DNA of 64,000 bases, taken from positions 243,722,001 to 243,786,000 of the forward strand of contig OZ024743.1 in assembly GCA_964016885.1 (NCBI GenBank), given 5' to 3'. The translations under genes and the position numbers were made by a program. Positions 39,176 through 46,779 of the stretch are shown here, one piece after another. Source of the stretch: Eledone cirrhosa (taxonomy: Eukaryota). Each line of letters starts with the position of its first letter. The stretch's first letter is position 1. The notes beneath the pieces are model-generated. The model saw only the letters and a program-made list of their open reading frames with translations, was not told where the DNA came from and did no database searches.

Positions 39176-39822
39176 AGTTGACGGTTGAGAGAAGAGTACT
39201 CAATACCGAAGTAATCTTGTAATGATGCTTGCAGAATGGTGAGTCCGACATTCTGGACGCTGCTGCCTTGTCGAAGTCCCAAATCGAAGCTGTGACACTC
39301 TCGTCCCCATCATTCAGCAGGGATTTTGCCAGGCAGCCGCATCATCTCCGATGGTTGGGCTTCCTATTCGAAAATTGAGGAAATTCAAGGTGGGATTTAC
39401 GTTCTTGATGTTGTGGTGCACGAACGGAACTTTGTAGATCCTGCGGACCCTGATGTGCACACACAGCTCATAGAGAACACATGGAGCCGTGCAAAGAAGC
39501 TTCGTCGCCAGCATGTTTCGTTTAAACACACACAAAATGAAAACACGACGTTCGAAAATGAAAATAAATTTACTTTCATTATTGCGACCGCTAAAAGTCA
39601 TGTATGCCATATATATATATATATAAATGTTGATATAACATGATAGAAATACAGTACACTGTCGTACAGGTGTAGCTTCTTATCAGTGTTGATGTCCTGA
39701 AAACATTGAGTAAAGAACGAAAAAAAGCTATAATTATTAATGAAATTATATAAGAAATATTAATAAAAATGAAACTTACGTAGCATACTGTGTAAAGAAT
39801 CCTTTTTATAACTCAGAGCCAT
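509..39822 (-). CDS. FANCA: Fanconi anemia group A protein homologue, 5' part (20 coding exons, 1798 nt; gene continues beyond the left edge)
   Basis: Phase-consistent GT-AG exon chain. Peptides match recalled human FANCA: ARQACFEGPHVFPSYPDW vs VRQAALEGPSAFLSYADW; FVFLVKLLSDLVPFESP vs LVFLFTFLSELVPFESP; IFRRPYFVGQFLPVLLKPR vs IFRRPYYVSHFLPALLTPR; LPKIADSRMKFI vs LPKVPDSRVAFI. N-terminal basic NLS-like RKRK. Confidence 0.93.
1706..1755 (-). CDS. FANCA: FANCA exon 19
   Basis: catttag| LPKIADSRMKFIKALR |gtgagt. Confidence 0.92.
1940..2420. repeat. Degenerate pyrimidine-rich tandem repeat (~90 bp period)
   Basis: Recurrent ggctctattcccatca, ttcaacaca and catctcatttcatttctcttcacaa blocks. Confidence 0.6.
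2650..4712. repeat. Minisatellite: two 21-bp units mostly alternating as a 42-bp dimer (~98 subunits), in FANCA intron 18
   Basis: Units acaaccatgatctccagcact and acaaccactacggccaacact; stop-free in one frame on each strand. Confidence 0.97.
4882..4942 (-). CDS. FANCA: FANCA exon 18
   Basis: cttctag| IFRRPYFVGQFLPVLLKPRR |gtaaga. Confidence 0.94.
6064..6678. mobile_element. Probable decayed non-autonomous DNA transposon with inverted subterminal repeats
   Basis: ttcaaagtgag-like motifs repeated at ~21-bp spacing (6179-6320) and inverted ctca(c/t)tttgaa motifs (6595-6666); weak TIR agtctttccaatt / aattggcaaggact. Confidence 0.4.
6870..7592. repeat. Compound (GGT/GAT)n microsatellite interrupted by a ~100-bp unique insert
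   Basis: Direct reading; insert 7020-7120 duplicates 7729-7830. Confidence 0.95.
7610..7698 (-). CDS. FANCA: FANCA exon 17
   Basis: tttccag| TGEETEQDVMAAVDSFDSLGKIPASVMQS |gtaagt; cf. human [24 protein letters not shown]. Confidence 0.92.
8486..9898 (-). mobile_element. Internally deleted, young LTR retrotransposon (Gypsy-like by its 4-bp TSD)
   Basis: ~298-bp apparently identical direct repeats 8553-8850 and 9600-9898. Termini tatagcg...cgctaca; CATT duplicated at 8482-8485 and 9899-9902; purine tract GGCGGGAGG (minus) abutting the left LTR. Confidence 0.85.
10402..10762. repeat. 42-bp tandem repeat (~8 copies) expanded inside a SINE
   Basis: Unit ggcattttattgtggaactaacactttagagtgcatactggg, following SINE motif gatgcccttcctaatgccaaccac. 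Confidence 0.93.
11369..11422 (-). CDS. FANCA: FANCA exon 16
   Basis: ttttttag| QTIIKPGSSGYRTTTDVQ |gttagt; phase 0-0, weak homology. Confidence 0.65.
12047..12232 (+). mobile_element. tRNA-derived SINE, young copy
   Basis: A-box tggcagtatcgg, B-box gagttcaaatcc, core ctttgcctttcatccttacggggtcgataaaataaagtacc; near-identical to 49312-49493 and 62619-62802. Confidence 0.88.
12245..12450. mobile_element. Short fold-back element between (TA)n tracts, probable Penelope-like remnant
   Basis: Imperfect ~65-bp inverted arms (12249-12314 / 12322-12386), hammerhead-like ctgatga..gaaac on minus, tail ctactaatgtattgagtac; homologue at 59098-59290. Confidence 0.6.
13477..13835 (+). mobile_element. tRNA-headed SINE with (GAT)n tail, composite family
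   Basis: tggcttagtggttagagc...gagttcaattc head, ccttgagcaagacacttt core, gttaggaagggcatcca 3' module; copies at 35375-35708 (-), 28580-28880 (-), partial 46040-46170. Confidence 0.85.
15084..15179 (-). CDS. FANCA: FANCA exon 15
   Basis: ttctcag| AHLMKTPFIPTQCSEVFHEYITLIKTRLIDLK |gtaata; cf. human DYISLAKTRLADLK. Confidence 0.93.
15210..15280. repeat. Perfect 34-bp-arm palindrome
   Basis: cacatatgtaggtttagctggcctcctatgaggt tgc acctcataggaggccagctaaacctacatatgtg. Confidence 0.95.
15707..15817 (-). CDS. FANCA: FANCA exon 14
   Basis: gttgcag| LTFGCSNKSVANTPKSFVFLVKLLSDLVPFESPLHLK |gtgagt. Confidence 0.94.
17046..17179 (-). CDS. FANCA: FANCA exon 13
   Basis: gtttag| GYISKMLKQGLENLDVESSISALLFARQACFEGPHVFPSYPDWIE |gtaggt. 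Confidence 0.94.
18813..18954 (-). CDS. FANCA: FANCA exon 12
   Basis: tttacag| YFAVLDADAILNIIQSLLEADDFNWCTLLSFTSTFLVYFGAAPKLLK G|gtaagt. Confidence 0.92.
19015..19445 (+). mobile_element. Decayed RTE-type LINE 3' end
   Basis: Frame reads KLLKTLVWPAALYGCEIWTLK, then FGHVIR and GKP-like RTE C-terminal motifs with stops and frameshifts. Confidence 0.75.
20276..20995 (+). mobile_element. Solo LTR inserted into a SINE
   Basis: Termini tataacgg...ccgttaca; flanks aacg/aatg (4-bp TSD with one change); host SINE motif tatggaacgtatgag is split; internal TATAAATA and AATAAA. Confidence 0.75.
21105..21181 (-). CDS. FANCA: FANCA exon 11
   Basis: ttatccag| VSDAIKHQEQWTYSKLSPFRRTFFKQ |gtgagt; cf. human SDAVQMQREWSFAR. 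Confidence 0.9.
22353..22499 (-). CDS. FANCA: FANCA exon 10
   Basis: ctctatag| GFAERETDSY...INVDSLGKMSIHQLNLLLRFKPDYT G|gtatgc. Confidence 0.85.
23373..23406 (-). CDS. FANCA: FANCA exon 9
   Basis: cttacag| YSLNIFNLVTQ G|gtaagg; 34 nt. Confidence 0.75.
23821..24280. repeat. Long inverted repeat (~185-bp arms, ~90-bp spacer), fold-back or MITE-like
   Basis: 23821-24005 is the reverse complement of 24096-24280 with only a few mismatches. Confidence 0.92.
26430..26503 (-). CDS. FANCA: FANCA exon 8
   Basis: ccctgtag| GVTGILSNQSFPVISTCQETPILQQ |gtaaga. Confidence 0.75.
26660..27095. repeat. GC-richer degenerate tandem repeat, ~3 copies
   Basis: cacagyggcacccagtttcggagctgggcactct...tctcaatacgaa...gtgacaccactatgagga recurs near 26680, 26860 and 26982. 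Confidence 0.75.
28228..28570. repeat. Degenerate ~55-70 bp tandem repeat
   Basis: gatagtgttgactaataatacagacatcagatccgat repeated ~5-6 times. Confidence 0.8.
28580..28880 (-). mobile_element. 5'-truncated SINE, same family as 13477
   Basis: Near-identical to 35375-35667. Confidence 0.85.
29127..29233 (-). CDS. FANCA: FANCA exon 7
   Basis: atttcag| KVDKCHQCQLIANGILKLCCSSKVTHIQQRIAVLK G|gtttgt; phases fit. Confidence 0.75.
30840..30916 (-). CDS. FANCA: FANCA exon 6
   Basis: tttttag| TSNLCLEILWKLHSNRIMTFETYLQ |gtaagt; cf. human LLLEAVWHLHVQGIVSL. Confidence 0.88.
31005..31118 (-). CDS. FANCA: FANCA exon 5 (alternative in-frame donor at 31020 possible)
   Basis: ccccag| FYKSKLFVLLCSYLNLNHSLNPCKFLIICKSYAVTFIK |gtaaat. 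Confidence 0.7.
31320..31900 (-). mobile_element. Decayed LINE (RTE-like) fragment
   Basis: Minus strand has FCYLGDQI-like and YDTCVRTTML segments typical of an RT thumb; many stops. Confidence 0.55.
33880..34034 (-). CDS. FANCA: FANCA exon 4
   Basis: tttgacag| VTACMEWLRNEETHSGQPFGLVAANFCASVILQLS...DKGM |gtaatt. Confidence 0.85.
35375..35708 (-). mobile_element. tRNA-headed SINE, same family as 13477
   Basis: Reverse-complement near-identity to 13477-13835. Confidence 0.85.
36038..36083 (-). CDS. FANCA: FANCA exon 3
   Basis: ctcctcag| TTQINIPDDSKTSSR G|gtaggt; supplies the needed phase 0 to 1 link, little homology. Confidence 0.7.
36769..36878 (-). CDS. FANCA: FANCA exon 2
   Basis: ttatcag| QSRKRKNNTLSSGDSSLQNSICKMISYYQNINLPFAQ |gtaaat; 110 nt. 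Confidence 0.85.
38280..38530 (-). mobile_element. Decayed RTE LINE 3' fragment
   Basis: KLDVFYKRCLYKIYKVT, WLDTSY and GPYQGR-like RTE tail peptides. Confidence 0.6.
38996..39608 (+). mobile_element. Merlin (IS1595/ISXO2-like) DNA transposon, internally deleted
   Basis: ~90-bp TIRs ggcatacatgactttta...taaaagtcatgtatgcc inside (TA)n; peptide PGSRIISDGWASY...VVHERNFVDP...HTQLIENTW is the ISXO2-type DDE C-terminal block. Confidence 0.88.
39780..39822 (-). CDS. FANCA: FANCA exon 1
   Basis: ATG MALSYKKDSLHSML C|gtaagt, phase 1. Confidence 0.8.
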
Positions 39823-39954
39823 TTTAGAAAGTAAAGGAAAAATTTTGTCCGGTAATAACTTCTGTTGAAATTTCCCGCAATTCATAAATCAGAGTTAATT
39901 TCAAAATAGGAAGTGACGTACCGGAAGTAGTTATAGGAACAGGGTGAAGACAAC
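39823..39954. promoter_or_regulatory. Compact bidirectional promoter and 5'UTRs shared by FANCA and NDUFB9
   Basis: 132 bp between divergent ATGs. E2F TTTCCCGC (39871-39878); CHR-like TTTGAA on minus (39900-39905); GGAAGTGACGT ETS-CRE overlap (39909-39919); ETS CCGGAAGT (39921-39928). Confidence 0.85.
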
Positions 39955-40055
39955 ATGTCGTACCTCCAGACCAGTGCCTTGTCGCATGCACAGAAAGTCA
40001 GGCGACTGTACAAGAATGGTCTTCGTTTGATGCAATCTCTGTATGGTGTTGACAG
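39955..40055 (+). CDS. NDUFB9: NDUFB9 exon 1
   Basis: caacATG start, MSYLQTSALSHAQKVRRLYKNGLRLMQSLYGVD, donor AG|gtaaat. Confidence 0.93.
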
Positions 40056-43000
40056 GTAAATATACTAACAGGATAATTTTTATTCTAGATTTACTGCGCA
40101 GTGTAAAGAATGTCACCTTTATTCTGTGTAAAACACCAAGGTCAGACATTTTCTGTTTACATTTTATAACCTTCTTACTTCTGTTTCTATTTTCTACTGT
40201 GTATTTTGTTAACTTGTCATTACTCTTTAGTATGTAATTATGTGAGATAAATAATAATAGTGAAACGACCAGGTAAATCTGTATACGTTGATTATAAAAC
40301 TCCTTACAAACTGATCGATTATTTTACCTTTATTTAATTTATTTCGTTAATTGTATATGTATATATGTAAAGACATGGATTGGAGGTGTTCAACTTACAG
40401 TTATAAAGTTGTGGGTTCGATTCTTATCGGTGTTCTGTGTCTTTGAACAAGACATATTTCACGTTACTCCAATCCCCTTAACTGGGAAAAAGGAGCTAGC
40501 CTTATCACTCACTGTGCCAGTCTGAATCTCTCTCAGAACAACGGTAATAGTAAATGTGTCTACTCTATATTGTCTCCTAAGATTTCTTTCGAGAGATGAA
40601 TAAATATTGACACTTGTCCGAGATGCTACACAGTGGGATCGAACACAGATCCTCATCAGTGTAACAGAGTTCTTAACCATTCGACCAAAGAAAATATTAT
40701 AGAACACCCCACTCGATTTTAGTTAGGAAAAAAAATATTTCCCCTTTTTTTTTAATAAAAAAAATGTTCTTTCTTGTGCTGTCAAAGATACTGTCAACCA
40801 ACTCTTTTCCCGGAGTATGTAGGGAGTGGGTGGATCCATTGGATTTTCGCAGATCTACACAACTCTTGCGTTTTGTGGGAAATAATTATCTTTCCTCGGT
40901 TGTTTCTATTCTAGACCCCTGCAATAGGCTTTTTTTATTCCCGGATTAGGGTTTCCGTTATCCCGCAAAAAAGTCGATTGCCAGCATTTTAGAGGTTAGG
41001 TTAATTGATAGTACACGAAAAAAAAAGACGTGGACAAATTTTTTTTTCCGACTGAAATCGAGTATAAATTTACCGAGAAAAATATATATCTACCATTCTG
41101 CCAGGATAAACTATATCTATTTATCAGGTCGTTCTTGATCCAGCTGACTTGACCAAAGACATTCCAACCATGGCCATCTCATCGTTTTAAAGATATTTAG
41201 GACTACATTATCTAGTGTGCCTTTTCTTTATTCAAGAAAGATTTAGCTACTATTTCTAGTGCTTTGCTGGTTTGCTCGTGTGTGCAGTGGTTTGAAATAC
41301 TAGTGTAAATTGCAGTATTGGAAACTTAGTGTATGAACTGTATTTTCTTCACCATCATCATTTCATGTCTATTTTCCATGACTAGACAAATCAAAGAACC
41401 ACTTCTTTCTCATATGTTCTATATTTTGACATGGTTTCTACAGCTACATGCCCTTCCTAGCAGAGTGTACTGGGTGCATTATATCATGGCACTAACACTA
41501 CCACTTTATAGAATGTAATGCATTTTTATTGAGCATTTTATTGTGATACCAGCACTAACACATTATAGAATGTACTGGGTCATATTATTGTGGCACCACC
41601 ACTAGAGAAGTTACCATGTACTCGGCATGATTAAAGAATCCTCTCTATGCTATATGACCTCCATAGTGATATTTACCTATATATATTGTCTTCCTTATTG
41701 AAATATTGATAATTTGCCAGTTTAGAATAAGATTTTTGTATAGACATCACACACACATATTCTTCACCATTAGTATTTTCCATTTAACAGTAATATTAAA
41801 AAACAATTTATTTGCTAGGGTTGAAATCCGCTACTGGAGTGTTCTTCTCAGAGCTAAGTTTGACAAACATAAAGATGAAATTGACTTTAGAAAATCAAAA
41901 GAACTTTTGATTAACGGCGAACGAAAATTATGGGAAAACCAACACCCTCAACCCTATATGTGTGAGTATTTAATTTTTTTTTTTTTTTTTGTTAACCCTA
42001 GTTCTTTCTTTGTCATCGTCTACTACTAACCACCATTTTCTCTCCTTCCTGTGGCTATTGGTTGACATCTACTACTCTTATTGTCATCCATCCTTTTTGC
42101 TATCGATCACTTGATCTCCTTAGCCATAACTCATTGTTTTCTTTTTATACTTGTCATGCTTTTTTCTATTCAATCTTCTATCAATAACTAACATGTAACT
42201 ATAACTCTTTCCTCCATTGATCATGCTGTTTCTCCTGCTTCATTTATATTCATCTTTTTCACCTTCGTGTGTCATCACTCCCTCTTTTTTCTCACTACCG
42301 TTCTTGTTTGCCTTGAAGAAAATGGAGGCTTGTTGGAGTAGAGAAGACTGCTTTTGCAGGACATATAATGACTTTCTTAGTCTTAGTGTCAAAATAAATT
42401 GCACTTAGTACATTCTGTAAGACTGTTGGCAATTGAATGGTAACAATGAAGAGTAGAAAGGACTCTTCAGTCATGACAAGGAAATAACAACCTCTCTATT
42501 GCTGGTTCTATGATAAAATGCAGTCAGTACAATCTGTAACATGGTTGGTATTAAAAAGGGCATCCAACTGCAGAAATCATGCCAAAAACGGAACATATGA
42601 GTGAGATATGGTTTCTCCAACCTGTCAATGACTAAGTACTAACTTGGATCATAATCTATCCAACTCATGCCAGCATGGAAAAAAAGACATAAAATGGTGA
42701 TAAGGATGAATGTGTATATTAGTAAGGAGAAAATGTCCTAAGAATTGTTTAAATATTCTCTTTCATACTATACTTTACAGATGCCCACTCTCCAGGGGGA
42801 ATCTGCTATGGCCGAGAAGCTAAAATACCTGACTGGGTAAGAACAATATTTTTCTATTACTTTTTAAATGAAGGTGTGTAGCTTAGACATTACTATTGGG
42901 CTCATAATCATAAGGTCATGGGTTCAATTCTTAAACCCAGTGGTGTGATGTATCCTTCAGCAGTGCACTTCGTTTCATATTGCTTCAGTACACCTAGCTG

Positions 43001-46000
43001 AAAATGTGCACCATTGGCTGAGTGTTAACCCTGTGTCAGACTCACATCCTGTCCAGAGGTTAGACTCTGGGATTTGTTCAACTCAAAAGATAATCCTAAC
43101 AACTTTATTACATAGGATTGTCTTTCTTTTCGTTTTATTTACATATATTTCCATATTTTCAAATGTGCAAAGTGAATTTATAATAGAATTATATCAAGCA
43201 AATCTCAAATATAGAGGGGTGAGTGTGGGAGTGAATTTAAATTGTAGGCATTGAGATCTTTGCATTTCTGTCTGTGTACTGCTCTTGTATCAGCATAAAG
43301 TGATGGATTAAGTCTACCATCATGAATTTTGTTAAAGCTACCCAAGGACCAGGCAGTGGTGATAGACCAGGAAATGGATTAATTCTACAAACCAGTAGTG
43401 AATTAAGAGCAAAAGTTGGAGTCTTAAACCAACATCAAATCCCAATTGTATCTTGTTTAAAAAAGAAACTGGGGTGTGAGATCACTTCCTTTTATAATTT
43501 ACATCATATGCTTGTTGCCTTTGATAGGATTAACCCTTCTGATACCACATTACCTGAAATCACTTTAGATTTATGTTACAAAACTGCTCTTTTTAATATA
43601 TTTATCCTTATATTAAAACCCTTCGTGTTAATATTATTTCAGAAATTTTTCTTAAGTAATGTTCTAAATATCAGTGTACTTGTGAAAAACTTACTTATTT
43701 TATTAAATTCCTCCAAATATTTGGTTAACCTCATGGTTAACTCCCAGCTCAGCTGAGTTGACTGGAGTAACTCAAGAACATAACACATGACCAGATCCAA
43801 GAATCAATTCCATAACATTGTGATTGTAATATCCACTCCCTAACCACTAGGCTGCATGCCTTCACACTTTCAGAGGAATTAACTACCGGAAGAACATGAA
43901 ATGAAGTTTTTTGCTCAAGAACACAACGTGCAAACCTGGTCCAAGAATGGACCCCACAACATTATGTAAATTCCACACCCTAACCACTATGTCACTCTAT
44001 TTCACTTGATATATATTTCAGAGAAAACTGCTCTCGTTCGACTCTGATGTGACTTGACTGTGGATGCACTAGGGTAGGGTTCCTAAAGTCACTTAGCTGG
44101 GCATTAAACGATATGTTACAATTTTATCTGTATACATGTATGGGAACAACGTCGGTTCCGACAGTGATTGTTCCAGTTTTTCGATCAATGGATCATCCTG
44201 TTTGTGAAATCAACGTGCAAGTGGCTGAGCATACCACATACATGTGTACCCATAATGTAGTTCTCAGGGAAATTCAGCATGATACAGTGTAACAAGACAG
44301 GCACATTGAATTACAAGTATAACTCATTTTTGTCAGCTGAATGGTCTGGAACTACGTAAAATATAGTGTCTTGCTGAAAGACACAACACGCCACAGGAAA
44401 TCGAAATCACGACAGTACGATCGTGAGCCGAACTACCTAACATTTAAGCCATGCGTTTTCACTTTGTTCAACTTAATACACTAGCAAACGACTGGACGAG
44501 AGGGAGATAATTCATTTCTGAATTATGTCCCTTTAGAGATGCTGTGTAAAATATATAATGGTGAATCAATTCGTAGCATCAGTTTTACACTAGTGTAATG
44601 TCAGTTTAACACCAATTTCAAACTAGTGTGGCGCATGCAAAATGCCAGCTTAACGTCAGTTTATCGCTTTATACAACGCCAGTTTAACTCTTAGTGTAAC
44701 ACCAGTTAAATGCTTAGAATAGCACCAGTGTTGCGTTCTGTATGATAATGAGACCTGGAGATTGAATGTGGAAGATGTGTGGCAGTTGGAGAAAAAATAA
44801 GAACATGATTCGTTTGTTAATTTCTATACATGAATTGAGCTGTAGTGAATTGTTAGGGTAGATGAACATTTGAAGTCATCAACTGAAGTCTGCTACACAG
44901 AAAGGCATTTTGCCAATTCTCCAAATGGCTCCTGACTTCTGGTTGCTCCTCAAAATGAAGACGCCACTGAAAAGCTCCTGCTTTGAGAGCCATTTGAGAA
45001 GAAGCATTCCCGATGTGCATCAAAAACTGGAAGGATTGCTGGGCTACATGTGTGGAGGCACAAGGGATCTACTTTGAAGGAAATTAGCAACCGAAGCATA
45101 CCAAGCACGGTCGGATACTTTTTAGACACAATTTATTTTCTTAACTTACACGTGTTTTTGTAGGGCTTAATTTTAAATGAAATTATTATTTTTTTAATAT
45201 TTGAACTTTAAGCTCCACAAAAATATTTCATACTCTGTGCCATGTCAGATTTTGTTATTAGGTTGGACATGGCCTGACCCAATACTGACCAAAACCTATC
45301 AGAAGTTACAAATACACTTAAATGTTTGCACAGATGCACTAATTAGGATTAAATTTCCAAATGATCATTTATATTTGGTAGAAAAATAAAATTTATGTGG
45401 CTTATGGCTAGGTCTGAGTGAACATGCGAAATAAACTCATCCCAGATGTCTCACTCTACTGTCTCTGTTTGTATTTCTGATTCAGACTAGCATCTTTTTG
45501 AAGTATATCAATAAAATTAGTGGCTTGTCTTCCCCGGTTACATATATATGTGTATATATATATAGTTAAAAGAATAGAGGTGTAACACACAAGTTATTAT
45601 ATATTGGTCAACGGAATAGAAAATGCTGACAAATTGTTCACAGTTGAAAAATAGTTTAATTAGGAATAAAAGAGTATTAGTAATTGTATTGGTTAGTATT
45701 CAGTTGTGGTTTTAAGTTTTTACCGGTTGCGCATTTCTAAATGCTTTTCAAAAATAATTTTGAGATAGAGTGTCCGTGTTGTTAGCTCTGATCTGGAGCC
45801 ACTTTTTTAACATAAAAACAGGTAGAATTCCCAAAACTAATCAGATCAGAGCTAACAACACGGACGCTCTATCTCAAAATTATTTTTGAAAAGCATTTAG
45901 AAATGCGCAACCGGTAAAAATTTAAAACCACAACTGAATACTAACCAATACAATTACTAATACTCTTTTATTCCTAATTAAACTATTTTTCAACTGTGAA

Positions 46001-46718
46001 CAATTTGTCAGCATTTTCTATTCCGTTTACCAATATATATACTGTAAATGAGGTTGGTGTTAGGAAGGGCATCCAGCTGTAGAAATCAAGCCAGAATCAG
46101 TTCCCGTCCCACCCTTGCAAGCAGGGAAAAAGCAGACGTAAAATGAAATGATGAAATGATGATGATGATATATATATATATATATATATAATGTGGGCAA
46201 TAATAAATATTACCCAGTTACAAGTATGAAAATAGCTTGATGTAAAATAACAAGTATTCCACTGACCCGAAATACAATGTAAATGACAATGAAAGAGTGT
46301 TTAAACTTTCAAACATTTAATCACTGACAATTGTTTCATCCTAGCACAAGGCCGAATTCATCAGAGTTGATTTTCATTTACATTATATATATATGGCATC
46401 CAGCCATATAAAGCTTGCTAAACAAAGAGTTGGGATGACCCTTCAGTCCTCTCTTGTGTACTTGGAATATGAGACTGTATGTAAGTGAGATGGAAAAACA
46501 GATGTAGATTGATGATAATATAAAGTGGGTGTTTAGAGTCATACATACATACATACATGATGAGATGCATTCTACTGATTTTTTTTCAGATATTGGACAC
46601 ATGGGTTCCCCAGGAGAAGGCACAATACCCAGAATATTTTGCTCGTCGTGAAATTAGAAAAGGAGAATTTATGGAAAGGTGGGAAAAGAAGTATGGCAAG
46701 GCACAAACTGAAGGTTAA
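39955..46718 (+). CDS. NDUFB9: NADH:ubiquinone oxidoreductase subunit B9 (B22, LYR family), complete; join(39955..40055,41819..41961,42781..42836,46590..46718), 142 aa
   Basis: Spliced translation MSYLQTSALSHAQKVRRLYKNGLRLMQSLYGVDRVEIRYWSVLLRAKFDKHKDEIDFRKSKELLINGERKLWENQHPQPYMYAHSPGGICYGREAKIPDWILDTWVPQEKAQYPEYFARREIRKGEFMERWEKKYGKAQTEG*. Has the LYK (LYR-type) motif and the QHPQPY, SPGG and EKAxYPxYFAxRE blocks of NDUFB9. All introns GT-AG with compatible phases (2,1,0); 429 nt total. Confidence 0.95.
41819..41961 (+). CDS. NDUFB9: NDUFB9 exon 2
   Basis: tttgctag| VEIRYWSVLLRAKFDKHK...WENQHPQPYM |gtgagt. Confidence 0.94.
42781..42836 (+). CDS. NDUFB9: NDUFB9 exon 3
   Basis: tttacag| YAHSPGGICYGREAKIPDW |gtaaga. 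Confidence 0.93.
44750..45130 (+). mobile_element. Decayed mariner transposase 3' fragment
   Basis: APDFWLLLKMKTPLK and WKDCWATCVEAQGIYFEG peptides. Confidence 0.7.
45598..46038. repeat. Long inverted repeat (~205-bp arms, ~36-bp spacer) in NDUFB9 intron 3
   Basis: 45598-45805 is the reverse complement of 45842-46038; single-arm homologue at 48615-48840. Confidence 0.92.
46319..46372 (-). ncRNA. Type I hammerhead ribozyme (minimal, Penelope-type) in NDUFB9 intron 3, antisense
   Basis: Minus strand reads aatc-a-act CTGATGA attc ggccttgtgcta ggat GAAA c aatt g TC agtgatt. Intact core, stem I and stem II pair, palindromic stem III ACAATTGT, GUC cleavage triplet. Confidence 0.75.
46590..46718 (+). 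CDS. NDUFB9: NDUFB9 exon 4 (last)
   Basis: ttttcag| ILDTWVPQEKAQYPEYFARRE...GKAQTEG TAA. Confidence 0.92.
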   Translation: MLDTWVPQEKAQYPEYFARREIRKGEFMERWEKKYGKAQTEG

Positions 46719-46773
46719 CGATAATTGAGAGTAATTAATTATGTTATTATTATTAATAGTAACAGAGTTTAGG

Positions 46774-46779
46774 AATAAA
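46774..46779 (+). terminator. Polyadenylation signal of NDUFB9
   Basis: AATAAA 56 nt after the stop codon, followed by a T/GT-rich downstream tract. Confidence 0.65.

Noticed and set aside
36769-39822. TATDN1 as the divergent partner of NDUFB9 (as in human)
   Set aside because: No TatD motifs; the minus-strand exons translate to FANCA
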